From a virus, in IMG/VR virus record IMGVR_UViG_3300022912_000002: a stretch of 50,100 nt of DNA; one strand, 5' to 3'. Shown here in pieces: positions 41,092-48,993 of the stretch (position 1 is its first letter; each line of letters begins with the position of its first letter). A program made the translations under genes and the position numbers. Under the pieces are notes generated by a model that saw nothing but the letters and a program-made list of their open reading frames with translations, was not told the DNA's origin and did no database searches.

Positions 41092-41114
41092 TTCAATCTC
41101 CTTCCTGGGTTAAT

Positions 41115-41178
41115 GTAAAGGGGAGCAATTGCTAAACTCCCCTTTACGCGATAAGTGGTGATTTTCCGCAACACCACT
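41115..41178 (-). promoter_or_regulatory. Two tandem stem-loops in a 143-bp intergenic gap
   Basis: GTAAAGGGGAG-(11 nt)-CTCCCCTTTAC at 41115-41147 has an 11-bp stem, and its loop contains the palindrome GCAATTGC. AGTGGTG-(11 nt)-CACCACT at 41154-41178 has a 7-bp stem. No U-tract follows either hairpin. Confidence 0.5.
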
Positions 41179-41234
41179 CGACAAGTGGGTTTAGCCTTTT
41201 AGGAATAATCTGGAAGTGTGTGCAGGACCAAATT

Positions 41235-41507
41235 TCAAGGCTTTATTTTTTCATAGTCACCACCTCCAATCCCCGTTGTAGTGTAAACAGATAATAATGC
41301 TAGACTTCGATTTTGAGTATATTTACCCATCCGACTTTCCAGACTGGTAAGGCGTTTACTCATCATCTGTATTTCTTGTAGTTTGTGATTTAGTTCTGTG
41401 TCTTTCGCTTTCTGCTTGAACGCTATTGATAGCAGGACAATCAGCAGAATCATGTTCAGCGTGAAAAGCATGCCTACAATGATTCGGTTTCGTTTAAGCT
41501 TTTCCAT
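41235..41507 (-). CDS. Small membrane-anchored coiled-coil protein (90 aa from MEKLKRNRI)
   Basis: ORF 41235-41585. The ATG at 41507 has GGAG 7 nt upstream. TM segment IIVGMLFTLNMILLIVLLSIAF. Confidence 0.55.
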   Translation of the reverse strand: MEKLKRNRIIVGMLFTLNMILLIVLLSIAFKQKAKDTELNHKLQEIQMMSKRLTSLESRMGKYTQNRSLALLSVYTTTGIGGGDYEKIKP

Positions 41508-41805
41508 AAAATGGCTCCACAGTTCCGTAGTGAGTTGAAAGCACTTCAGCCCACTTCTCATTGATGTTTCGATATACGACCACATAAGCGTTTCGTGCTT
41601 TTAGCTCATTTGCAAGCTCAATGGTATCATTCTCAGTTGCATACGATTTACTGCATCTGAGAAGATGCCTAGTGCGTTTCCGTACCATAGTTCGGTCAAA
41701 CTCCCACTTCCGAATAAAGGCACCTCGTTGAGAAGGCCATTTAAAAGCGACAGTTGCAACCACTTCATATGGTTTTTCAGTCTCGCTGCTCATTGGTCGG
41801 CTCAT
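41494..41805 (-). CDS. Hypothetical protein
   Basis: 103-aa ORF in the packed leftward operon. Confidence 0.5.
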   Translation of the reverse strand: MSRPMSSETEKPYEVVATVAFKWPSQRGAFIRKWEFDRTMVRKRTRHLLRCSKSYATENDTIELANELKARNAYVVVYRNINEKWAEVLSTHYGTVEPFYGKA

Positions 41806-42352
41806 CGGGTTTCTTTTTCCCGAGTGTCCGCTTCTTTGACCATTCTAGGACATCGTTTATTGCTGACCATTCCCTATAAATCGTGGTGTTTTTCGCCATA
41901 GATTTAACAGCATCGGTATAGTCAGTTGTACCTCTAACAAGAATAGCAGCTTTGTCAGGTTTCGACCAGATCCACAAGTGCTTGTTTGAAGTGAGTCGTA
42001 TGTTTTCCCATGCTTTGATGATTGTCATTTTCTCATCATGAGATAAGCGTGAAGCTGACCCTTTGTTGATAAAGAAATTGAAAGCACCTCGCAACGAATA
42101 TGGATTGGTGATTTGGTTGCGAATTGCATGGTCTAACTTTGCCCAAACAGCTTCATAGGTGAAATTAGGTATAATCAAGTAGCTTTTAACCAGACAGCTT
42201 CGTGAATCAGTTTGACGTTTATGGCGTGTAACTTCATTCTCACAATCCCGACATTCGCCACGATAGTAGCGTTTGCCTTTTGTGATATGACTACGGAATT
42301 CATGTATATCCTTTTCAGTCTTACATGTCCCCTTGCATAGTTTCTTTAGCAA
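41777..42352 (-). CDS. Cys-rich (zinc-finger-like) N-terminus protein
   Basis: ORF 41777-42412. The TTG at 42352 is preceded by AAAGGAGGGAATACCAGA. Contains CKGTC...F...GKRYYRGECRDCE. Confidence 0.5.
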   Translation of the reverse strand: MLKKLCKGTCKTEKDIHEFRSHITKGKRYYRGECRDCENEVTRHKRQTDSRSCLVKSYLIIPNFTYEAVWAKLDHAIRNQITNPYSLRGAFNFFINKGSASRLSHDEKMTIIKAWENIRLTSNKHLWIWSKPDKAAILVRGTTDYTDAVKSMAKNTTIYREWSAINDVLEWSKKRTLGKKKPDEPTNEQRD

Positions 42353-42701
42353 TCTGGTATTCCCTCCTTTCTCTGAGGATTTGCCTGAGTGAATCCCAGG
42401 GTAGCGTTGCATACGTTTCCGATCGGTTACGAGTGAAAACTACCACTGGATGAGTTCCATCAAGACAGTTTGCTTCTGCCTGCTTCATAGCCGCCCAGAT
42501 GTTGAGCGATTCTTGATTTTTACATTCGGGGCTGATAGGACAAGCTTCGATAGCTTTAGCTGACATTTGCACATCAACACCACCAGCTCCCATAGATGTA
42601 CTGACTACATCGGTTTCAGGTAGATAATGGTCATTTTGAATATCGGTGGCTACTTTTTGCTGTAATCTCCGACCTTTAGCTTTTGCAGATGATGTTTTCA
42701 T
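42321..42701 (-). CDS. PD-(D/E)XK nuclease, Holliday-junction-resolvase-like
   Basis: The N-terminal SAKAKGRRLQQKVA, then GAGGVDV (Asp) and PECKNQ (E-x-K), are in the order of the PD-(D/E)XK motif seen in small phage resolvases. Confidence 0.6.
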   Translation of the reverse strand: MKTSSAKAKGRRLQQKVATDIQNDHYLPETDVVSTSMGAGGVDVQMSAKAIEACPISPECKNQESLNIWAAMKQAEANCLDGTHPVVVFTRNRSETYATLPWDSLRQILRERREYQIAKETMQGDM

Positions 42702-42973
42702 TCATCCTCCACTATATAGAAAGTAAGCTTCCCTGCCCATTTTATGAATCTGAGTTCAAGGGCAATTGCCCAATTCGTCTCAAATTCACTGGTTCGGCTC
42801 ATTAATTTGCCGAACCATTTTCCTGCGCGTGTGGTGGGAAGCTTACGTTTTCTGTTTGACACTTTATGAACGATTGTAAAGTACACAGCCACCCATAGCA
42901 ATTTGAGATGAAGGACAAAACTTTCATCATTATTGAATTTGCCAAAAGCTATGAGTGGAAAGAAATGTGTCAT
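42698..42973 (-). CDS. Hypothetical protein
   Basis: ATGA overlap with the downstream gene. 91 aa. Confidence 0.5.
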   Translation of the reverse strand: MTHFFPLIAFGKFNNDESFVLHLKLLWVAVYFTIVHKVSNRKRKLPTTRAGKWFGKLMSRTSEFETNWAIALELRFIKWAGKLTFYIVEDE

Positions 42974-43608
42974 TATTTCACTGTGACTTGGGCATCACGT
43001 TCTAACACAATTCCATATTCTGCCAAGCTCTCGCCAGCCTTTAGTGCCACAGCCGCAGTTTTCTTGTCCAACTCAGGAATGTATGCTTTATCTTCCCGAA
43101 TAACAGCGTTTGGCACATCTTTGTAACGAGTGAATTTGGGTGGTAAAGGAAAACCTTCTTCCTGAACAACCCTTCCAGGTGTAAGCTTGGCGGTAAACGC
43201 TTGACCATTAATGATCACTTTGTGAGATGTAGGCGAGATTTGTTCTCCCATGGCCATAACGATGTTGTAGGTCAGCAGTTTGAATTTCTTGGCGGTGTTT
43301 TTGATACGTTCAAGCTTCGCCTTCTCTGCTTCAAACGCAGATTTAAGCATATCCATGCGCCCCTGGATACTTCCAGCCATCATGTTCAGACTGTCAGTAC
43401 CTTCCTGTAACGCTTGGGGTTTATCCATCAGGTGAGTGGTGAGTTCTTCTTCGGTTACCCCGAATTGCTCAACACCCATTTCAAGCATTGTGAGGATGTT
43501 TACGGTATCTTGCTCCATGTAATAAATGAGGCTTCCGTGTGGTAATGCAGAGGGCATCATTACTTCTGTGATTCCTAACTCTCTGACTTGTTCTGATTCT
43601 TCAGTCAC
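42973..43608 (-). CDS. Siphovirus Gp157-like protein
   Basis: The middle is coiled-coil. The C-terminal LPPKFTRYKDVPNAVIREDKAYIPELDKKTAAVALKAGESLAEYGIVLERDAQVTV matches the remembered Gp157 C-terminal pattern (lP.ef...kpdk.aik.alk.G..vpGa.le). Confidence 0.5.
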   Translation of the reverse strand: MTEESEQVRELGITEVMMPSALPHGSLIYYMEQDTVNILTMLEMGVEQFGVTEEELTTHLMDKPQALQEGTDSLNMMAGSIQGRMDMLKSAFEAEKAKLERIKNTAKKFKLLTYNIVMAMGEQISPTSHKVIINGQAFTAKLTPGRVVQEEGFPLPPKFTRYKDVPNAVIREDKAYIPELDKKTAAVALKAGESLAEYGIVLERDAQVTVK

Positions 43609-43619
43609 GTTAATCCTTT

Positions 43620-45437
43620 CTAGAATTGCGCTCTAGTCTCATGACTAGGCCGTTGAAAACGAAAATTCTTAAATACAGCATCAAACTCAACACTGTCTCC
43701 ATCACGATTCTTGGCTATTTGTATGTTCCTTTCAGGGTACGCGGGGTCACCCTTGACAATTAAAACCATGTCAGCATCTTCACCAATTGATGAGTTTCCT
43801 GAACCTGAGTAAGCATCCCATATGGCGTTGCGAGCAACACCTTTAGATACCTGACTGACCTCGATAATGATAAGGCCGTGTTCAAGTGCTATTTCTTTCA
43901 TGGTTCTTGTAATATCTGCTATTTTACGCATGTCGTCATTCCAGTTTCCAGAGACAAGCTTGATATGGTCAATGACCAGAACTTGAAACTGTCCTGCCCA
44001 CTGTGTAACTGCACTAGCAAGATCATCAAGCGATAATTTGTAGTCTCTTGTCCACATTATGTGGCCTGCGTGTTTCTGGTAATCTATCACTCCTGCAAGT
44101 ATCTTTTCACCCACAGCCTTCTTATCCTCACCATTGATAGTTTGGATTAGCCTGCGTTGCATCTGTTCTGCTGATACTTCCATAGTGGAATAAATGGTAG
44201 GTAGCAATCCATCCAAGACAAGTTGAGTTGCCATAGCGGATTTACCTATACCAGTGGGTCCCATCACCACGATAACATTTCCAGGGTAAAGTTTTATATC
44301 TTTGTCAGGTAGCTCGAATTGTTTGGCTATGTCTATAATTCGACCTGTCCAATCTGTTCGGTAATGTTTTACAAGGTTGTCATGAGTTTCAGCAATTGTG
44401 AGCAGTTGCATTGACTCGCCTCCTTCATAGTTTTGTTTCCTATAAAATACACAATCATGGTTACATCTTGATTTGAGTATAGGGTCATTACATCCAAAGG
44501 TGTAGCCCTTCTCATAGACGCTTTTAATTGATGTCGCAATTTCCTTTTCGGGTAAGTCAACCCGAGCAGCCCAATCACGCATTAGCATTTCAGAAGCATC
44601 CTGAGGGATTCCGTTTCTTCTGTAATGACTGATGATGCGAGTAGCCGAATTGTTTCTTTGTTCAATCTGCTCCCCTCTCCATAAGTCAGCAATACACATA
44701 GCTACTTTAGTATGATTTGGGGATGAAACAATTGGCTTATTAAAATGATAAGTTAATGGTTCCCGAACCTCATCTGCTAATACAGGTTCAAATACCTCAC
44801 GCCATTCTTTCTGAGATTCATCGGGGTTACGAGGACTCTGAGCAAGTAGGCGAACATCTTTCATGGGCATGTCACGAAGCTCACGCAAGGTGAGTGGAAT
44901 CTTATACAATCCAGATTTCTCATTCAGCGTGTTTAGTACACGGTAGATCCTTCCTGCATCGTAAATGTTATCAATGTCATCACCGAAGATGCTTTTCATT
45001 GTTTCCTTTACGCGAGCAGGTAGGTCATTCGCTGGCTTGAATCCATCACCGAATAGAGCAGCAGGCAATAGAATATTGTAACCAGTTCCTGAAAAGGTGG
45101 GTAAGATGTTCATATCGGGAACACCCAAGTCTGACAATTGTAGCATGATACCTTCCACTAGCTGTTGGGTATGGTTGTCAGAAATATCATCAGGGTTATA
45201 CTTGTCACCCAAGTAATCAATATCAATGTCAACAACATCAAGGTGGTAATCACCATTGAAGAATCTAAGACTATTGGTTCGATTAGAGTGTTCAAGCATA
45301 TCCTGACCCCAGTACCACATCGATCTGTAAGCGTAGCGGGCTTGTCCATAGACTGAGCGTAACTCATTCATTCGGACTAACCCGCCACGTTTCCAGAAAG
45401 CATCCAAGACCAATTCAATAAAATAGTCTTGGCTCAT
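43620..45437 (-). CDS. Bifunctional primase (AEP/prim-pol-like) and DnaB/RecA-type helicase
   Basis: The N-terminal half has VVDIDIDY and TFSGTGYNILLP (AEP acidic and sGxGyH-like motifs). The C-terminal half has Walker A VVMGPTGIGKSA and Walker B VLVIDHIKLV. Confidence 0.8.
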   Translation of the reverse strand: MSQDYFIELVLDAFWKRGGLVRMNELRSVYGQARYAYRSMWYWGQDMLEHSNRTNSLRFFNGDYHLDVVDIDIDYLGDKYNPDDISDNHTQQLVEGIMLQLSDLGVPDMNILPTFSGTGYNILLPAALFGDGFKPANDLPARVKETMKSIFGDDIDNIYDAGRIYRVLNTLNEKSGLYKIPLTLRELRDMPMKDVRLLAQSPRNPDESQKEWREVFEPVLADEVREPLTYHFNKPIVSSPNHTKVAMCIADLWRGEQIEQRNNSATRIISHYRRNGIPQDASEMLMRDWAARVDLPEKEIATSIKSVYEKGYTFGCNDPILKSRCNHDCVFYRKQNYEGGESMQLLTIAETHDNLVKHYRTDWTGRIIDIAKQFELPDKDIKLYPGNVIVVMGPTGIGKSAMATQLVLDGLLPTIYSTMEVSAEQMQRRLIQTINGEDKKAVGEKILAGVIDYQKHAGHIMWTRDYKLSLDDLASAVTQWAGQFQVLVIDHIKLVSGNWNDDMRKIADITRTMKEIALEHGLIIIEVSQVSKGVARNAIWDAYSGSGNSSIGEDADMVLIVKGDPAYPERNIQIAKNRDGDSVEFDAVFKNFRFQRPSHETRAQF

Positions 45438-45440
45438 GGG

Positions 45441-46037
45441 TTAAAATGGTAGCGGTTCGTCGTTGGATGTTGCACCAGCTGGTGTATCAGCAGGAGTGTC
45501 AACTCCTGGAATAGCACCATCAGCGGGAACAGCAGATTCCCGAATCTTGTTCTGAAGCCAATCATCAGTATCGAAAGTGGCTTGCACAACATTGTCGGGA
45601 GTTTCCAGAGGGAATAGGTCATATACATCTGTATATTTCCCTTTAACAAAGAACAATGTCTTTGCTTGACGACCAATGAGATCAGCAGGCTCGGTTTTCA
45701 CCTTACCCTTTGCATCACGGGGTTTATTGGCAAATACGCCTGTTGCAGCATATAGGTTGCCAATCTTCCACATGGTTTTCTGACCACCATAGATAATCTT
45801 GCGGTACTGTTGACCATCGACCTCAAGTAAGACTTGCAATACAGCAATATTCTTGGGGTCATTTCGTACCTTTGTAATCAAGGAATCGAGTTTGAGCTTT
45901 TCAATCTTTTCCTTGTTGGCAGGTAGCTTTAAGTCCATTTGAAGCAAGTCAAAGGCATCAACAATGCGAACATTCGCAATACCAGTTCTACGTTTCGGGG
46001 TGCCAGAGACTTCATTTGGATCAAATTCGTAACTCAT
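45441..46037 (-). CDS. ssb: ssDNA-binding protein (DUF669-like) with an SSB-type acidic C-terminal tip
   Basis: Ends in ...SNDEPLPF, compared with the bacterial SSB tip DDDIPF. The tail before it is Pro/Ala/Asp-rich and flexible. It sits between the primase-helicase and the Sak4-like ATPase. Confidence 0.6.
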   Translation of the reverse strand: MSYEFDPNEVSGTPKRRTGIANVRIVDAFDLLQMDLKLPANKEKIEKLKLDSLITKVRNDPKNIAVLQVLLEVDGQQYRKIIYGGQKTMWKIGNLYAATGVFANKPRDAKGKVKTEPADLIGRQAKTLFFVKGKYTDVYDLFPLETPDNVVQATFDTDDWLQNKIRESAVPADGAIPGVDTPADTPAGATSNDEPLPF

Positions 46038-46052
46038 TAAGAGTCCTTTCTA

Positions 46053-46361
46053 TTAAGAGTGGAATACATGGTTGCCTTTCTTCGTGGCAATAAGTGATCG
46101 CTTGGCCCTAACCTTAGGGTCAACTTGTGATTGTAAATCGGGGTTTAACTCAAGAGCTTTTCTTCTAGCTCGGGTGATTGACTCACCGCTTGGCATCATT
46201 TTAAACACCTCCCAGGGCATGAGTTGTGTACCCTGAGAAAATAGGTGACCGTAGTGGTTCACGGCATAACGCCAAACTAAGGCTTTGTCAGATGAAAGGG
46301 TTACTGGATGCTTTTTAAGAATATCCAATACTTTATCATAGGTCGAATTTCTCTTGCCCAT
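46053..46361 (-). CDS. Hypothetical protein
   Basis: 102-aa ORF between the ATPase and SSB-like genes. Confidence 0.55.
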   Translation of the reverse strand: MGKRNSTYDKVLDILKKHPVTLSSDKALVWRYAVNHYGHLFSQGTQLMPWEVFKMMPSGESITRARRKALELNPDLQSQVDPKVRAKRSLIATKKGNHVFHS

Positions 46362-46363
46362 GA

Positions 46364-47065
46364 CTACTCAGATGTTTTGTAATAGTCGATAATTGCTGTC
46401 ATTACAGCGTTGTAGTCATTGGGAATAAGGCGTTCTTCAAACATACCTCTGGGTGCCTTTGCAGGCCGTTCACCATCAGTACGAGTCATGAATAGGTGAA
46501 CAGGTTCACCCTCACGCATTTCGATCATGCTCCACAGAACAATTGCGAACTCTTTCTCGATTAAGCCTTTCCAGCGTTTACCGAATGTGCGAGTACGACG
46601 TTCACGCATACCATCATCTGCCATGAGTAATTCTTCGTGACCAATGAATATGACATTCTTGCCCGATTCCTTAGCCTTCTGCAGAATACTACCTAGCATG
46701 GTGTTGTAATTGTTCCAGACTGCATATGGATCTACTGCTTTCCATTGAGCAATACAATAAGTTTCCAATGCTTCGGTAACCGATGTGAGACTGTCAATAA
46801 CGATTGTTTTGACATCCTTGTGGTCGATTAGCTTTCCGTAAAAGCTATGGAACTCAAGATAGTTCGTTGGATAGACTTGCATTTTAAAGTCTCTAGCCCC
46901 TGGGAAGGGTAGCAACTTTCTCTCGACATTGATAACAGCGGTTGTTTTCGTGTCAAGGTGTTCGATAGCCGTGGATTTACCAGAGCCAGGTTGTCCAGTG
47001 ATGAGCAGGACAGGTGATAAATCAGTCAATCCCTTTGGTTCGGGAGTGGTCTTTTTGTCAGGCAT
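46364..47065 (-). CDS. Sak4-like / AAA_24 P-loop ATPase (RecA-fold recombination accessory)
   Basis: Walker A LLITGQPGSGKST and Walker B-like TIVIDSLTS. About 230 aa, as is typical for the family. Confidence 0.7.
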   Translation of the reverse strand: MPDKKTTPEPKGLTDLSPVLLITGQPGSGKSTAIEHLDTKTTAVINVERKLLPFPGARDFKMQVYPTNYLEFHSFYGKLIDHKDVKTIVIDSLTSVTEALETYCIAQWKAVDPYAVWNNYNTMLGSILQKAKESGKNVIFIGHEELLMADDGMRERRTRTFGKRWKGLIEKEFAIVLWSMIEMREGEPVHLFMTRTDGERPAKAPRGMFEERLIPNDYNAVMTAIIDYYKTSE

Positions 47066-47141
47066 TTAAGCCCCTTTCTTCGCTATAAGTTTATGGTCAT
47101 GAGCCTAACAATAGCAATTTGTCAGGCATACCGCAAAGGGT

Positions 47142-47318
47142 TTATTTGCGTTCTTCTTTGATGAAATATGTGACTGGTTTAGAGCAGTAAGGACATTCCT
47201 TTTGGTCATGGAAGAAGGTAATTTCACATTCTTCGCAGATGATTACTGTTGGATTCTCAAAGAAGAAAACAATCTGCTTATCACAAGCGCAGCTTTTAGG
47301 CTTCTCCATCCCACTCAT
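47142..47318 (-). CDS. Unlisted small zinc-ribbon protein (58 aa)
   Basis: Hand translation gives MSGMEKPKSCACDKQIVFFFENPTVIICEECEITFFHDQKECPYCSKPVTYFIKEERK. The ATG overlaps the upstream stop (TCAT at 47315-47318 on the + strand, read as ATGA). Below the ORF-track length cut-off. Confidence 0.6.
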   Translation of the reverse strand: MSGMEKPKSCACDKQIVFFFENPTVIICEECEITFFHDQKECPYCSKPVTYFIKEERK

Positions 47319-48133
47319 GATGTAACCCCCATCTGTCTGAGAGCAATATTGACTTGTGCCATGATACGCTCTGAACGCACATCATTCATCCAATATCCAT
47401 CAACTTTCTCTTTCATGTTCGCGGACCAATTAGCGATGTAGTCCTTTGCAGAAAGATGTTCCAAGCCAACACCGTTGGCGAGTATGAAGGAAAATGATTC
47501 AGCTTCTAACTCATGTGCAGGGTAGCTTTGATCATCTTCCAAATGCTTCATGGAAGCGTGACCCCACTCATGAAATAGCGTGAGCAACATGCCTGTATTC
47601 TGTTGTTCCTCACCCCTATCTGTTATCCAGATAGTCTTACCATCAGTCTTGCCGTTCGCTGATACATATTTGTTGGTCGTGATTTCCACGGGAAAAGGGC
47701 AAGCTTCAATAGCTTGGTCAAGGGTAACAATTGATTGCCCCATGACATCATCTACAATGCCAGGAATAGGCACATCCTCACCCTCAGTTTGACATAAATC
47801 GAAAACAGCCACAGCTTTAAACCCGCGAATAGTTTCTTCTTCTGTCTTTTTCTGGTAAATCATAGGTGCCATGATTCGCAAGGCTTTCTCGCCTGCCTTC
47901 ACATGACGCTTGAACTGCCCCCATTGTTTGAATCCTCCAACAAGCGTTGGTTCACCCATTTGCCGATAATCCATCTGAATTAGCAGTAATAGGTTATTGA
48001 GAAATGATAAACGTGATGAGTTCAGCTTGTTAGCTCCACCTCCACGCCATTTAGCAACATATCGAGCCATGCGCTCTGGATCCAATATGAGTGAGTCAAA
48101 GAGTTTTGTCAGCTCTTGTTTCAAGTCCTTCAT
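47315..48133 (-). CDS. ardC: ArdC-like protein (N-terminal ssDNA-binding domain plus HExxH metalloprotease)
   Basis: ORF 47315-48292. The ATG at 48133 is preceded by GAAGGAGG. GGFKQWGQFKRHVKAGEKALRIMAP matches the ArdC-N/DUF1738 pattern. LLTLFHEWGHASMKH carries HExxH. Confidence 0.7.
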   Translation of the reverse strand: MKDLKQELTKLFDSLILDPERMARYVAKWRGGGANKLNSSRLSFLNNLLLLIQMDYRQMGEPTLVGGFKQWGQFKRHVKAGEKALRIMAPMIYQKKTEEETIRGFKAVAVFDLCQTEGEDVPIPGIVDDVMGQSIVTLDQAIEACPFPVEITTNKYVSANGKTDGKTIWITDRGEEQQNTGMLLTLFHEWGHASMKHLEDDQSYPAHELEAESFSFILANGVGLEHLSAKDYIANWSANMKEKVDGYWMNDVRSERIMAQVNIALRQMGVTS

Positions 48134-48347
48134 GGGGTTCGACCTCCTTCCATTCAGGTTCAAACTGTTGGTGTAAACAGTCAGGGTTATTACAACTCGC
48201 CCACTTGCTGTTAGTGGATACGAGTTGAAAGTTTTGGTTGATTCGGTTGTACCTGGTAGTATTGTGATGAAATACAATATTGGAACTACCACATGCAGTA
48301 CACACAGGCCAATGGTCAGGCTTATGTTTCGACCTATTCATTTCCAT
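48096..48347 (-). CDS. Small zinc-ribbon protein
   Basis: Contains the CTAC...C..PDC cysteine pairs. SD GGAGGACATTC precedes the ATG. 83 aa. Confidence 0.55.
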   Translation of the reverse strand: MEMNRSKHKPDHWPVCTACGSSNIVFHHNTTRYNRINQNFQLVSTNSKWASCNNPDCLHQQFEPEWKEVEPHEGLETRADKTL

Positions 48348-48375
48348 GAATGTCCTCCTTGTTGTTTACCGCTTA

Positions 48376-48413
48376 CAAAGAAAAATGCCTACTCAATTAG
48401 CGAGTAGGCATTT
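48376..48413 (-). terminator. Intrinsic terminator inside the leftward arm
   Basis: TGCCTACTC-aattagc-GAGTAGGCA forms a 9-12-bp stem. On the - strand it is followed by TTTTTCTTTG. It lies 19 nt downstream of the stop at 48432. Confidence 0.7.
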
Positions 48414-48431
48414 CGTGTAGTGACGACTAGG

Positions 48432-48602
48432 TTATTTACGCGGGAAGTCGTCTTTTAGGTGGGTAGCAAAAGCTTTAAGTTTCTCAGGCTTTACCCTTCC
48501 GAAAACTCTGCGAGCGATGTGTTTAGCGGAATCAGGACAATTACCAGAATGGTAATCTTCCTCGGTGACAACCTGAGCTTGTGGTGTGATTATGTATTTC
48601 AT
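48432..48602 (-). CDS. Unlisted small protein (56 aa)
   Basis: Hand translation gives MKYIITPQAQVVTEEDYHSGNCPDSAKHIARRVFGRVKPEKLKAFATHLKDDFPRK. ATGA overlap with the upstream gene at 48599-48602. Confidence 0.5.
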   Translation of the reverse strand: MKYIITPQAQVVTEEDYHSGNCPDSAKHIARRVFGRVKPEKLKAFATHLKDDFPRK

Positions 48603-48850
48603 CGTTTCTTCGCTTTCTTAGCAAGCCAAAAGTCTGACTTCTTTTTGCGAAAGATAGATGTGTGAAAACCAATCTCACCATCTGTACGTTTGTAAGGCCA
48701 TTTAGAAACATGAATAGTTCTACCGCGATTGTCAACTGCTGCACGACTGGCGGCCTGACGAGCGCGATACTCTTTCATGCTTTCACCGTGATAGCGTTTA
48801 GGCTCATGAAGTTCACGATTCAATACAAAGCGTTTCATTTTCTCGAACAT
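48599..48850 (-). CDS. Small basic protein (83 aa from MFEKMKRF)
   Basis: ORF 48599-48889. The ATG at 48850 is preceded by AAGGAGACAGACCC. Confidence 0.55.
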   Translation of the reverse strand: MFEKMKRFVLNRELHEPKRYHGESMKEYRARQAASRAAVDNRGRTIHVSKWPYKRTDGEIGFHTSIFRKKKSDFWLAKKAKKR

Positions 48851-48993
48851 GGGTCTGTCTCCTTCTTGTATTTGCGTAGTCGGCACCATTGCACATCACC
48901 TCTGAGTCGAGCATAATATCTCAAGTCAGCAAGTGTGAAGTTAGCAATCTTTGGCTGCTTACTACGTTGAATCAACAAATCTTTAATAGTCAT
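48835..48993 (-). CDS. Small protein (52 aa from MTIKDLL)
   Basis: ORF 48835-49071. The ATG at 48993 is preceded by AAAGGAGATCTACCC. Confidence 0.5.
   Translation of the reverse strand: MTIKDLLIQRSKQPKIANFTLADLRYYARLRGDVQWCRLRKYKKETDPCSRK

Noticed and set aside
47202-47441. 79-aa + strand ORF
   Set aside because: It is antisense to the hand-found 58-aa zinc-ribbon ORF and to the 3-prime end of the ArdC-like gene, which have ATGA coupling. The - strand reading is far more plausible.
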